A DNA stretch of 64,000 nucleotides from Octopus vulgaris (GCA_951406725.2 OX597822.1:107446001-107510000); one strand, 5' to 3'; counted from the stretch's first letter, positions 1 through 13,009 are shown. Numbers and translations: made by a program. Notes: generated by a model from the letters alone, not told the origin.

Positions 1-329
1 GCTAAGTAGAGGAGGCGAGGAGGACAAAGAAAATGAGAGTCTCAGTTGGGGCGATAAAATTCCTTTGTACTTCGACGTCGGAGAGATAATAGGTGTTAAA
101 GAACCAATAGACTATTAAACTAAGCGGTAAGCTTCGACGCTAACATGAGTTAGTGGAACATTCTTAAAAAAGGAGTAATAAAAGTCACGTATAGGATAAG
201 TATATAAACGTATATATGAACAAAGAGGAGAAAAATGAGTACTAAACCATAAAAGAAATAAGACAAAATTCAAAATAAAGGCATTGTAGCTCGTAGGCAC
301 GCTGAATGTATGAAAATCCTTACATTCGC

Positions 330-412
<83 letters not shown>

Positions 413-437
413 AAAGGTGATTACACTGGCGGTGCTC

Positions 438-514
438 GAGTTCGTGCGTTGCCATTTATCAATCTAGTTTGATGAGTGCCAACGCACGAAACTCTAGGAA
501 CTTGAGTTACTCTG
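438..514 (+). ncRNA. Hammerhead-like motif (degenerate core) with an upstream inverted copy; PLE terminal-repeat family
   Basis: AGT-TTGATGA-GTGC caac GCAC-GAAA-CTC..GAG-TT-ACT at 466-511. Bases 438-462 are an imperfect reverse complement of 469-494. Same family as 28751-28823 and 29555-29627. Confidence 0.55.
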
Positions 515-553
515 TTACTTCTTCTAAATATTAATAGTAATATTAATATATAG

Positions 554-592
<39 letters not shown>

Positions 593-593
593 C

Positions 594-899
594 GGAGACG
601 CAATGGCCCAGTGGTTAGGGCAGCGGACTCGCGGTCGTAGGATCACGGTTTCGATTCCCAGACCGGGCGTTGTGAGTGTTTATTGAGGGAAAACACCTAA
701 AGCCCCACGATGCTCCGGCAGGAGGTGGTGGCGATGCCTCCTGTACTCTTTCGCCACAACTTTCTCTCACTCTTTCTTCTCTTGGCCTGCTCGCTTAGCC
801 AGCGGGGTGGCGTCAGTTGAAGGCTAAAACAATGCGAAACGCATTGTGACCAGCTATGTATAGCAACATGTGATAGCCTGGTCGGTCACGGTAATCACG

Positions 900-903
<4 letters not shown>
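594..903 (+). mobile_element. tRNA-derived SINE, head A + tail 1 (octopus OR-type)
   Basis: A-box TGGCCCAGTGG and B-box-like GGTTTCGATTCC; near-identical copies at 19789 (+) and 23624 (-); ends in (TA)n. Confidence 0.9.
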
Positions 904-945
<42 letters not shown>

Positions 946-990
946 TCAATAAATGGTGGGGTTGTGTTGACCGCACGTGGAGAAATGATA

Positions 991-1221
991 AGCAAGGAAA
1001 AATTGTAAAAATGCAGAATGCTCGATTGAAAGAAAATTTTAATGAAATGAGAAAATGAAAAATATATGAAACATTGTAAAAATGCAGAATGCTCGATTGA
1101 AAGAAAATTTTAATGAAATGAGAAAATGAAAAAATATATATTTATATATTTTTTCATTTTCTCATTTCATTAAAATTTTCTTTCAATCGAGCATTCTGCA
1201 TTTTTACAATTTTTCCTTGCT
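991..1221. repeat. Direct duplication plus perfect 68-bp palindrome between (TA)n runs
   Basis: 1002-1067 is repeated at 1073-1140; 1073-1140 is the exact reverse complement of 1143-1210; outer AGCAAGG/CCTTGCT ends. Confidence 0.9.
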
Positions 1222-3476
1222 ATATATATATATATATATATATATATTAGTCTACAGAGAAAGAAGTCTATATGACCCGGTTTGGGGCCTTTATGCCATC
1301 GGAATGGATGGTGGTCGGTAACGTTACCTTAGAAGTGGGGCCTGAATACTATAAAGCTTCTGATACTGATGGATGGAACACTAAAAACTTACGATGCTGG
1401 TAAGCTATTGTTTCTTTTTAAATTCAAAACTAAGACCTAAATACTCTAGCATGTTTCATCTGGCTTCCGCTTCCACTTCTGTCATTTTATCCCTTTACCT
1501 GTGCAGAATAATGATTTTTAACATTGGCTCAAAACCAAACATTTTGGTGGGCGACGTGTTTTCGATCCAATCAACTTCAATACCCACTAATAGTGTAGTA
1601 TATATTTAAATTGATGAAAGGTAAAATCGATTACATTAAGTTTGAACTGAGCCGTATATAAATTCCGAACGATTTTTATCCAGCGATCTTTCGGTTCTGT
1701 TTACTCCACCGATGTCTCCCTGACTAAATATAACAAAGGAGAAGTAAGCATATGTTTAATATAGTTTTAAAAATTCCATTATTTTTCTTTATTTCTTGAG
1801 TTATTTCCTCCGAAATCTCATTAAATTTTCTTCCTTCAAGAAAGAAATATTTTTATTATTTTATTCATTTCATTTTACTAACATTGTATATAAATAGTTC
1901 TTTCTATTGAAAAAAATACTTTTATTCAAAAAAAATTCATTGTTTTATTGGTTAGTTTGAAATATCTATTCTTATTTTTCTCATGTCACGTAAAATGATT
2001 AATTAGGAATGTAAAATTGAATACGGAAAAAAAAAATTGGAACAAAATAGGATCGTTATATATTTTTACAACCACCTGAGACTGTATCAGATATTCTTGG
2101 ATCTGGAAGAACATTCTAGAAGAAAATTATTCAAGCAATGCAGAAATAAAGATGAACACTAATATAACTAGTGGTTTATCAAGCAAGTAGATTTGAAAAC
2201 CTGTAGTTATTACCTTATTTTGTTTTTTAAGTAACGTATTTTTTGTTATCTTATAAACATGATATGTTTCGGATTATATTTTATTTTGTATTTCTGGTTT
2301 TAATTCTTGGTGATCTTACGCTAAATTTACATCTCACATCGAAATGAAAGTTTTAATAATATTCTATTTTCTATCGAATCAATGCACTCAGCTCAATTTT
2401 GTCGTAAATATTACTTTAATTAATTTTCATCGGTTGCTGCCCTCGCGGATTGAAGTATTTTCTAAACAAAATCAGAAATAAATTATCTTAAAATATCTTT
2501 AATCGTAACGTGACATTCTTTTGGATTATAACTGACATAAGCGACACGCTTCCTGCCCTGCAGTCCAAGAAGTTTTTATGGCTTCTATTCATCAGTATGC
2601 AACACTTCTGCACATGCTGTCTTCTTTTGTGTTTACAACACGGAACTCTAATTTATTGCTTAAAAAACTCTAATAAACAAACCAAAAAGTAAAACGATGA
2701 GAAAAAAATTACAATATTACTAAATAACGTATCTCGTCTGCTTTAAGAATAAAGTGAAAATGCTACCGCAGTTTTGTATTTCAGATTTCCGAATTAATGA
2801 ACCCCTGCAGGTTAAAAAATAATAAACGTTCAGATTTGGATCTCTCACCACACTTGCATGATTTTGAATAACTTTTCTCACTCACTTGATATATTTTCTT
2901 GAACTTTCCCCAACGCCTAAAACCGCCCATTTGATATAACAATTCTTAATATAGCAATTCTAAGAGAACGCATTAATCTCTTAGCAGCTGTAAGTTCACA
3001 ATATGGATTGTTGTATAGTATCGTCAAGTCCTCAAATCTAATCAAAATAGATTGTGAAACATTCTGAGAACTTCATAGAATATTATTCAAGGATGATATT
3101 TAATAGGATTTCTCCGAACCCTGAAATGTCATAACTTACTCACGCAGACAATAACTATCGAAACCCTACTATCTTCAAATTCTCGGACATACTGATGCAA
3201 TAAAGTTTGTATAAACGAATTTAATAAGATCTATTTCGTCGCAAACCGGAGCTGTGCGTATATGTGTATGCGTATGTATGTGTGTGTATGTGTGTGCATC
3301 TCTTTGTTCAACATGCTATAACAGAAATCGTTGCATTGAGTCGTGCAGGTTGACTAGTGGATAATTTATGGACACAACCCGAGAGGTTGCTCGTTCGACT
3401 CGCATCAGTAGCAGTGAATTGTATCCGCAACAATGATATTTAAATACGATATGATAGATCCATTTTTTAAAAATTA

Positions 3477-3730
3477 GGTGGCGCGTGGCTTAGTGGTTAG
3501 GGTGTCAGCACCATGATCGTAAGATTGTGGTTTTGATTCCTGAACCCGGCGATGCATTGTGTTCTTGAGCAAAACACTTCATTTCACGTTGCTCCAGTCC
3601 ACTCAGCAGCCAAAAATGAGTAACGCTGCGATGGACTGGCGTCTCGTCCAGTTGAGGAACACATACACCATAGAAACCAGGAAACCGGGCCCATGAGTCT
3701 GGCTAGGCTTTAAAAGGGCGCATTTATTTT
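3477..3730 (+). mobile_element. tRNA-derived SINE, family B
   Basis: TGGCTTAGTGG A box, CORE-like GTGTTCTTGAGCAAAACAC segment; copies at 13751 and 21927. Confidence 0.9.
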
Positions 3731-3736
3731 AAGTCC

Positions 3737-3884
3737 GCGTAACTTAGCGGTTCGGCAAAAGAGCCCGATGGAATAAGTACTAGGCTTACAAAGAGTAAGT
3801 CCTAGGGTCGATTTACTCGACTAAAGGCGGTGCTCCAGCATGGCTGCAGTCAAATGATTGAAACAAGTAAAAGAGTAAAAGAGA
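3737..3884 (+). mobile_element. 3' fragment of SINE family C
   Basis: Matches the tail of 7837-8260 and 54278-54680 (GGCGGTGCTCCAGCATGG..GAAACAAGTAAAAGAG). Confidence 0.85.
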
Positions 3885-5140
3885 GTGAGAGTATACCCGA
3901 CACAAACAGTCACTTTAGTTATACTGTATATTAAATATATCGTAGCAAATCGCAGCATAAGTCACTCGGCTGACATCTACATTTTCGTCTCCGTGATGTT
4001 AGACTATTATTGTAGGTAAAGTTAATCGTTAAAGTGAATTCATTTAGCGTTCTTCATAAACCAATTTGGTTTATTTAAGAGAAGCGTTTCAGGATAATAG
4101 GGAAGCCTTCAGTTTGCTTCTGACCAAAACTATTGTTACATATTTGTAGCTGTGAATAAAGGCTGGACATTTGGAAGTCTGGTACTCCCGAGTAGAGCAG
4201 TATCACTACAAGAATATGAACGAACCTTTCCATCGATAGGAACAATTTTCAAGGCTGTAAAATATATATGGGCAAAAACTTGGCTGCTATTTCTAGCAGC
4301 TGGAATGATAACGTAGAAGGTGCTAGACAGGTTTGTTTTGTAACAAAAACTTTTTTCTTGAACTGGCTCGAATACCGTGGGAAGAAAGGAGGGTCTGACA
4401 TCTCGTGATTAACTTGACCGTTTCTCTGGGCGAGAGGGAAAGAGGGGGAGAGAGAGTGAGAGTGAGAGAGACAGAGTGAGAATATATTTCAATTGATTAT
4501 TTTTCTCTCAGACAAAAGGTCAGACAGAGGTCAGACTGGAAACGTCATTATCACGTTTTTCCTACGGCATATAAACTTATCAAAAGTTACGAACCTCACT
4601 ATATAATCAGATCATCACCAATTCCTCAGGCCTTGCTTATATTTTTTAATCTATATGAAATAGTAGTTCTCTGTTATAGAAAAGATCAAAAGGCCGAGAT
4701 GTCGTCAAACTATTACACTATAAACTCCTGCATTCAAATCAGAAATTTGCGTCATATTTCTGTGTTCGCTGTATACCTTTAACTCAATTAGCTAAAGTTA
4801 GTTTTGATTTTGATAATAGATATCAGCTCTTTCTAAAACTGTCAGTCTCATGCCACATGTTGTGTCGAAATCGACATGAAATATAGAAAATGATGTGCAC
4901 GATATAATGATGTTGGCTAAAATGAATGTTTGCAAAAATCTCTTCTATTATATGCGGAAATATATAGATTAGATGCAAAGATGATGCAGGTAAGGCTTTG
5001 TGGTGAAGATGTTTATTAAGTAAATCGTGGTTTTTAGTTCACTCCAATAGTGTAGGACTTATACCGTATCCAATTATAAAGCTCGTTATCACGTAAGGCA
5101 TTGCGAGTGACTTGGTAGACAGAAACTGTGAGTCGCAGAA

Positions 5141-6248
5141 GGCGGTGAGCTGGTAGAAACGTTAGCAAACCGGGCGAAATTCTTTGCTGTATTTCGTCTG
5201 CCGCTACGTTCTGAGTTCAAATTCCACCGAGGTCGACTTTGCCTTTCATTCTTTCGGGGTCGATTAGATAAGTAGCAGTTACGCACTGGGGTCGATATAA
5301 TCGACTTAATTCGTTTGTCTGTCTTTGTTTGTCCCCTCTGTGTTCAGCCCCTTGTGGGCAGTAAAGAATTAAGAAACTGTGAGTCGCGGAAGGCGGCGAG
5401 CTGGCAGAAACGTTAGCAAACCGGGCGAAATTCTTTGCTGTATTTCGTCTGCCGCTACGTTCTGAGTTCAAATTCCACCGAGGTCGAGTTTGCCTTTCAT
5501 TCTTTCGGGGTCGATTAGATAAGTAGCAGTTACGCACTGGGGTCGATATAATCGACTTAATTCGTTTGTCTGTCCATGTTTGTCCTCTATGTGTTTAGCT
5601 CCTTGTGGGTAGTAAAGAAATAGGTATTTCGCATGTCACTACGTTCTGAGTTCAAATTCCACCGAGGTTGACTTTACCTTTCATCCTTTCGGGGTCGATA
5701 AATTAAGTACCAGTTACACACTGGGGTCGATGTAATCGTCTTAATCTGTTTGTCTGTCTTTGTTTGTCCCCTCTGTGTTTAGTCCCTTGTGGGTAGTAAA
5801 GAAATAGAAATAGGTATTTCGTCTGCCGCTACGTTCTGAGTTCAATTTCCGCCGAGATCGACTTTGCCTTTCATCCTTTTGGGGTCGATTAAATAAGTAC
5901 TAGTCATGCACTGGGGTCGATATAATCGACTTAATCCGTTTGTCTATCCTTGTTTGTCCTCTCTCTGTTTAGCCCCTTGTGGGCAGTAAAGAATTGAGAA
6001 ACTGTGAGTCGCGGAAGGCGGCGAGCTGGCAGAAACGTTAGCACGCCGGGCGAAATGCTTAGCGGTATTTCGTCTGTCGCTACGTTCTGAGTTCAAATTC
6101 CGTCGAGGTCGACTTTGCCTTTCATCCTTTCGTGGTCGATTAAATAAGTAACAGTTACGCACTGGAGTCGATGTAATCGACTTAATCCGTTTGTCTGTCC
6201 TTGTTTGTCCTCTCTGTGTGTAGCCCCTTGTGGGTAATAAAGAAATAA
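5141..6248 (+). mobile_element. Cluster of three family-M SINEs (monomer, trimer, monomer) separated by repeated target site
   Basis: Head GGCGGCGAGCTGGCAGAAACGTTAGC, core GCCTTTCATCCTTTCGGGGTCGAT (Meta-SINE-like); AGAAACTGTGAGTCGCGGA-like sequence at about 5121, 5372, 5997 and 6248. Confidence 0.9.
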
Positions 6249-6611
6249 GAAACTGTGACTCGCGGATGCGTGTACATATGTGTGTGTGTGTATTTATTTA
6301 TATACACAGTCGCGTGCGACACTGACTCTAACTGAGAACTCGTACAACGACTGCACTCCTACTGACATTTTCTCTTTTTGCCCACCAGGTGGGTACACAG
6401 AGGAGATAATACAAAACGTACAGTACATAAAATAAGAGGAGTTAGTTAACTCTGACAATGAAATCGGATGAGAAATCGAAAATCGAAAAAGTGGATAATG
6501 ATGAAAGTTTAAAAATTTATAATGATTTCCTATTGGATAATTAACAATATTCACAATCTGGATCTAATTGACCCGCCGATTTTCTTTTAGTATTATTTCT
6601 CTTTTGTTTAA

Positions 6612-7150
6612 ATTTTTTTTTTCCCCTCTCGACCGGCTATACTAGTCCCGTCCCATTTACCCGTAGCACTCTTACTTCAGACATTCATCTTTTCGCAAAT
6701 ATACTTTGCGACGGGAACCTTCTCTCTAGACGGATCATACTATGCAGGTGGCAGCTGAAATAACTTACCAGCCCGCATCCAGAGATGAAGGTACCTGTCT
6801 CGATTCCTTTTTCACGCGTCTTCCATACTGTCTCTTTCAGTATGGCCACTATACAGAAAAAAAAAAACACACCTTCCTTTCCTTTTTAAAGGAGGGAGGC
6901 GGTACAGTCCTCATCATAAATTCTGCCGATAGACGTATTCCTTCCTTTGATGACATCAGCTGTTCTACATAGGCTATTAACCCCTTTATTTCCTCACTTT
7001 GCACGAAGGCATGCAGGACAGTTTCATTGTCCCGCTCGCACCTCGAGCATGTCTGAGGAGTGTCAAAACCGTGTCTCGAACAGGTAAAGCCGATCGATAG
7101 CAAAACCAAATCAGTGATTCCTGGTAATTTACCAGGTACCCCAACTCGTA
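6612..7150 (-). pseudogene. 3' end of Tx1/L1-like LINE (ORF2 C-terminal zinc-knuckle region), frameshifted
   Basis: Translates across frames to LIWFCYRSALPVRD..TCSRCERDNETVLHAF..KETVWKTR (C-x2-C-x7-H, zf-RVT-like); poly(A)-like tract at 6613-6622. Confidence 0.8.
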
Positions 7151-7270
7151 TTTACAAAGTTTGTTACGAACTCCATTAGTTGTAGAACTTGTTGCTCTAA
7201 ATTTCTTGTTGTTCTTTGAGTTGTTATTGTTGCTGTTTTTACAACTCAATTACACCCTCTAACAAGTTTT

Positions 7271-7676
7271 GGATCTTTTCGGTTTGAACGGCAGTTTTTT
7301 AAAATAATTTCCACGTAACTAAGTACTTTTAAACTTCGTATACTGGTAGAATGTGTTTATAAAACATCTTTTTCTCTTGGCTTTATTGAGAAAATTTTAT
7401 AGTTTGTAAGATATTTGTTTGTTTTGTTCAATTTCTGCAATTTCAACCAATCAATGACGTCTATTGAGGTGAAAACATTCTGTGCCGTATGAATATGTCC
7501 CTCGTTTAAGAAACAGATTGGGTTTATTTACATTTCTGAAGAAAAAATACCCTTCCCCCCCATCCCTAACCCTAAAAGAGATTGAAATGCAATAGATCGA
7601 TACTAGGGTCATAATTATGGGTGACAATTTCATATGACACCGCTAGAAAAAACTGCCGTTCAAACCGAAAAGATCC
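7271..7676. mobile_element. MITE with 30-bp TIRs and 8-bp TSD (possibly Merlin-like)
   Basis: GGATCTTTTCGGTTTGAACGGCAGTTTTTT ... AAAAAACTGCCGTTCAAACCGAAAAGATCC; TSD CAAGTTTT at 7263-7270 and 7677-7684. Confidence 0.9.
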
Positions 7677-7836
7677 CAAGTTTTCCATAATTTTACAGAT
7701 TTTTCGTAAAATATTTACAACGATATTTGTTACTCTTCTGTTGAGTTTTCATTTTCTCCACGTGGAAAAGGTTTCAACGTCGTCCGTGTGAATTGTTTAT
7801 ATTCTCGTGAAAAAAAAAAAAAAAAATCCACGTATA

Positions 7837-8007
7837 GGCGCAGGAGTGGCTGTGTGGTAAGTAGCTTGCTAACCAACCACATGGTTTCGGGTTCAGTCCC
7901 ACTGCGTGGCATCTTGGGCAAGTGTCTTCTGCTATAGCCCCGGGCCGATCAATGCCTTGTGAGTGGATTTGGTAGACGGAAACTGAAAGAAGCCTGTCGT
8001 ATATATG

Positions 8008-8048
<41 letters not shown>

Positions 8049-8260
8049 CTGTGTTTGTCCCCCTAGCATTGCTTGACAACCGATGCTGGTGTGTTTACGT
8101 GCCCGTCACTTAGCGGTTCGGCAAAAAAGGGACCGATAGAATAAGTACTGGGCTTCCAAAGAATAAGTCCCGGGTTCGATTTGCTCGACTAAAGGCGGTG
8201 CTCCAGCATGGCCGCAGTCAAATGACTGAAACTAGTAAAAGAGTAAAAGAGTAAAGAGAG
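7837..8260 (+). mobile_element. tRNA-derived SINE family C with internal (TA)n(TG)n
   Basis: GGAGTGGCTGTGTGGTAAG..GGTTCAGTCCC head; copies at 37762, 44856, 54278 and 59481. Confidence 0.9.
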
Positions 8261-8646
8261 AGTTGTCTGCGTGAATTGTTTATATCCTCGTCGCTACTGT
8301 TATAATGTTGGTCCTCGTCGACTTGTATATTATTGTCGGCACTGTAACAATTCTATTATGTTATGGTGGTTAAGCGGCGAGCTGTCAGAATCGTTAGCAA
8401 AACGGCCGAAATGCTTATAATAAAAAGGATTATTATGTTGTGGTTGTATTCTGCGTTTTGTTATCTTTCACTCGTCTACTGTGCTATCGCTGATAGTTCA
8501 GCAATACAATGACTTTGAAACATTTACCATTACGGTAACTCGAACTCGTATATATGACATAACTGACACTGACTCCAACAAAGAACTCGTACAACGAAGC
8601 TGGTACTACTGATGTGGTAGGTAAGGAAGTTACTTACCACGTCACT

Positions 8647-8707
<61 letters not shown>

Positions 8708-8896
8708 CAAAATTAGAAAATGGAGAAACATACTTAAATCAATCAAACATCAACCATCAGATGATACCCAATCAATACTTTATTACACCATTACATAACA
8801 GTAAAGGCATTATACAAAATATATTGTAAATATAATTAGACAAGGAAATAGAAATATAAAATATAAAATATAAAATATAATATATAATTATATCAT

Positions 8897-8943
8897 ATCT
8901 GACGGCTGTTTAGGCCATAAGGGCAAGTATGCCTCATTTAACC
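8897..8943 (-). ncRNA. Degenerate hammerhead-like motif in a module flanked by (TA)n
   Basis: Minus strand reads TAAATGA-GGCATA..TATGGCC-TAAA-CAGCCG-TC; stem II is largely intact but both core segments are mutated. Confidence 0.35.
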
Positions 8944-8951
8944 TATAAGCC

Positions 8952-9016
<65 letters not shown>

Positions 9017-9019
<3 letters not shown>

Positions 9020-9207
9020 CATGCATACATACATACATATATGTACGCACCTACATCTATGTGTATATATACATTCATATATAAATATATATATGTGAGT
9101 ACAGGACACCACAAATAGACGTAGAACTCAACGAGAAACGAAGACGTAAAAACAAACATGGAAACGGACTTTTTTTAACAACGAAAAAAACAGAGTACAA
9201 GACAAGT
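9017..9207 (-). repeat. Fragment of (TA)n-associated repeat family F
   Basis: Reverse complement of about 41775-41955 and similar to 19010-19190. Confidence 0.8.
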
Positions 9208-10095
9208 AAGTTTATATATATATATATACGCTACTAACATTATGAGGGTGTTTGCTATGAACCAGGTAACTTTACGAGAGTATTAATGTGGAGGGAGTGC
9301 GTGTGCGTGTGAGAGAGAGAGAGAATGAGAGAGAAAGAGAAAGCAAGTCAGACTGGTATATTAAAGTTTCTTTGTTCAATAACCAGGTCTTGACATGCTC
9401 ATATACTCATATATTTCTCATTCGTGATATCCTTACTAATCACAATTTTCACAACATAAAGTTGGTAAAACGCCTGGCTTCAACTACATGAACAGAAGCA
9501 GAGAAATACATGAAACACATGCAGTTATATCTCGATGCAGAACCATTTATATCTAAGTCAGTCCATTTATGACCAACCTGACTGAATCAGGAACAACATA
9601 ATTATAAATAATTCTCTCGACATTTTAAAACACTACAGTTACATTTAAGTGAGATTTCGCTGCTATTTCGCTGCTTGAGAAATTGTTCTTGACGGCGGCA
9701 AAATGGTTACCTAATAATTTTCGCAGTAAATGTATTTTCTTTCTATAGCTACCGAACAACAGACTTAACTATCAAGTGACAGTCGTTGAGGTAAAATTCA
9801 AGGAAAATTAAAAGAAATAACAGTAATACATGACAAATCTATTATCTCTGTCAAAGCTTCGAGCAAAACATTCATTTATAGAACACTGTTTTTTACTTAG
9901 TCGATGTCAGAACCAGGCAAAAATAAATGAATGGAAAGAAATGGGAAAAATATATAAAGTCTAACTAAACCAAACAACAATGAAATTGTCATGTTTTGAG
10001 ATATGTTGATTCACGTGATTGAAACGCGCGCGCTCACTCGCACACATCTATGTATTTATATACATATATATATATATATATATAAGTATACACAA

Positions 10096-10126
<31 letters not shown>

Positions 10127-10586
10127 CGCGCATGTACATATATATATATATATGTGTGTATATGCATATATACGTGTGTATATGTATGTCTGTATATATA
10201 TATATATATATATGCATATATATACACACACACGCATATATATATGTATGTATGTATACGCGTAGTCGTGCACACGCACACGCATGAACACACACACACA
10301 CATGAAAACGACGTTCTTAACACAGTCCTGTAACTTCATTACATTTGAAGATAAATCTATGAATATGAATGAACTAAACACTGCAACATTCAATGCATCA
10401 CTTAATTATACTCAAAGCAGCTTTTCGACTCCTACATCAATATCAACTAAAGACAGATTTACTTACCCTACAAAACGAGAAGCCAGCGTTCAGCGTCCCT
10501 CCAGAGCGCCACCTCTTCAAACGTGTGAATACTACAATTCCCACCTTCTCTTCAACCCGAATTTAGATAGGTCTATCTTCCAAATT

Positions 10587-10840
10587 GGGCATGGCCTAGT
10601 GGTTAGAGTATCGGGCTCACAACCATGATGTAATGAGTTCGATTCCCACACCGGGTTGTGTGTTTTTGTTCATGTTCTTGCATTTCATTCAGCTGTAGAA
10701 ATGAGTTGTGACGTCATTGGTGCTAGGAAAACGGTGGAATGGAGAGGGGAGACTGGTATGCATGAGTGACTGCTGGTGCCTCGTAGGGTAACTATCTAGG
10801 TGCAGTCCCATGGTCATTCATGACCAATAGGTGTCTTTAA
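10587..10840 (+). mobile_element. tRNA-derived SINE family D (diverged)
   Basis: TGGCCTAGTGG / GAGTTCGATTCCC boxes; tail CTAGGTGCA..CCATGGTCATTCATGACC shared with 13010, 15916, 23941 and 38163. Confidence 0.8.
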
Positions 10841-12152
10841 CATTTAACCACCATAAGTGAGTTGGGAATAATCAGTGATCACATAGTTTTTGTCAACATT
10901 AGAAAATAAAGCAGCCTGCTGATTAAGTGAATTTGATATTGTAGGTTTCTGTCCATCCGTATTATATATGCTCTCACAACCCCATACGGATGTTGGAAAG
11001 ATCTAAAGTTAGGGAAGCGTCGGAGAATAATCGGTCGATAATGGGGTTACCAGGGAGTTATTTTCAATGGTGGACTCTCAGGTTTAGAAGGTAGTCTTTA
11101 AAATCTATCAGCAAAAAAGTTAATGGAAAGAGGAACAAAGGGGAAAAAAAAGACAAACAAAAAACCCAAAATGTTCACTGATGAAACTGGTCGTAAAATG
11201 CACAATAGAATTTTCTAAAACCACGGAAATTTATTACAGTGAACAAACAACATCAGCCACAAAAATAACAATGGCATATGCATATATATAAAGATATGCA
11301 TATATCTTTATATATCTATATTCATATATATATTTGTTCATATATACATACGTACACCCCAACTACAGATACATGTATGTTGAGAGAGAGAGAGATATAG
11401 AGAGAGAGGAAGAGAGAGAGAGAGAGGAAGGGAGAGAAACAGTGGGAGTGATCATTTTCTCTTAATAAATCATTTTCTTTTTTAACAACTGCAATTGCAA
11501 CTCCGATGTATTTCACACAGCTGCTCTCTTGAGTTTGTTGTGTTAGGGTAAAGGTAACAAATTCTACCTATCTTCGGTAAATGATATTTTGACTTTTGTT
11601 CTAAATAAAAAAAGAAAAAATATGTATAATTATTTTAACGTATTTCTGATGGGTGTATTATTAGTGTCGGTGAATTGCACTTAAATTTGTTTACGATAAT
11701 TTTATATATTTTGTAAATTTTCAGTATCAGAATTTAGAATTTTAACTTTAGAATTTGTCACTGTATACTTGCTTTAAATATAGGCTTGACCCAATAGACT
11801 CACACTGTGATTAATATAACAATTACTACAAATGTACTGTTGCTGGGTTTTTGATCGGAGTTCGTTTAGTCAAGTAATTTCTTTCGCTTTTCAGTGTTTA
11901 TGGCAATGCTTGCAAATTTATGATTTAAAATATCTCTCAATAAGATGGTTTTTTATCATAAAATATCTTATTATCAGTAGGAGTTACAGAGTAGGTGTGC
12001 TTATATAGATCAGAATTACTCGGGGATGTGTACGGGATTTTTCCATACTTTATTACTATCCCACATTTCAAAACATTCGGGAGCCGACTTTGTTTAGAAA
12101 TAAAACTTTGTAATACATTTTTTTTTCAACGTCGACCCATCCTCTAATCATA

Positions 12153-12567
12153 CCTATTTCTTTATTACCCACAAGGGGCTAAACATAGAGAGGACAAACA
12201 TGAACAGACATAAGTATTAAGTGGATTATATCGACCCCAATGCTTAACTGGTACTTAATTTATCGACCCCGAAAGGATGAAAGGCAAAGTCGACCTCGGC
12301 GGAATTTGAACTCACAACGTGACGGCAGCCGAAATACCTATTTCTTTATTACCCACAAGGGGCTAAACACAGAGGGGACAAACAAGGACAGACATAGGTA
12401 TTAAGTCGATCACATCGACCCCAGTGCGTAACTGGTACTTAATTTATCGACCCCGAAAGGATGAAAGGCAAAGTCGACCTCGGCGGAATTTGAACTCACA
12501 ACGTAACGCAGTCGAAATACCGCTAAGCATTTCGCCCGACGTTCTAACGATTCTGCCAGCTCGCCAC
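12153..12567 (-). mobile_element. Family-M SINE dimer
   Basis: Head plus two internal units; TSD CCATCC(T/C)CTAATCATACC on both sides. Confidence 0.9.
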
Positions 12568-13009
12568 CATCCCCTAATCATACCTTCAGAACAGAAGCCA
12601 TCGCTAGTTACTTCTTTTTGTTTTTTGTTATTTTCGTCATATTGTCGCATTCCACATTTTAAAAGATTTGTAATTTGTATTTTGAAGGAAAAGTCTTGAA
12701 AAAACCTAGTAAGTCGAAATTTCTCTGTTTTTTTTGTTTGTTTTTTTTTCTGTTTTAGTTTTTCGATATTGTCACCATGAAAATCAAATGGAAGATGTAG
12801 AAGTATGAATTCTTTTCTCTAAAAATGCGCATTGAAAGTGTTTCCCAATGTGGAATGCTATAACAATGATGTGTTGTGTAATATAATCAGAACGACCAAA
12901 CCTAAATCAGATGAGATGCCTGTCCCAAGTAATAAATGTCTGTTTCTTGCTTATGTTTACTTCGTCGAAGATTAACGTTTCATTTAAGACCTATTATTTG
13001 TAACACTAC

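Noticed and set aside
594-670. tRNA gene-like sequences (also at 13010, 19789, 23941 and others)
   Set aside because: They have A/B boxes but continue into SINE bodies; I could not build a complete cloverleaf with a terminator.
11172-11245. CTGATGA..GAAA flanked by TGTTCA/TGAACA
   Set aside because: No UH cleavage site next to stem I and no proper stem III; at best a decayed motif. The same applies to weak candidates near 11645, 16455, 19440, 24650 and 28935.
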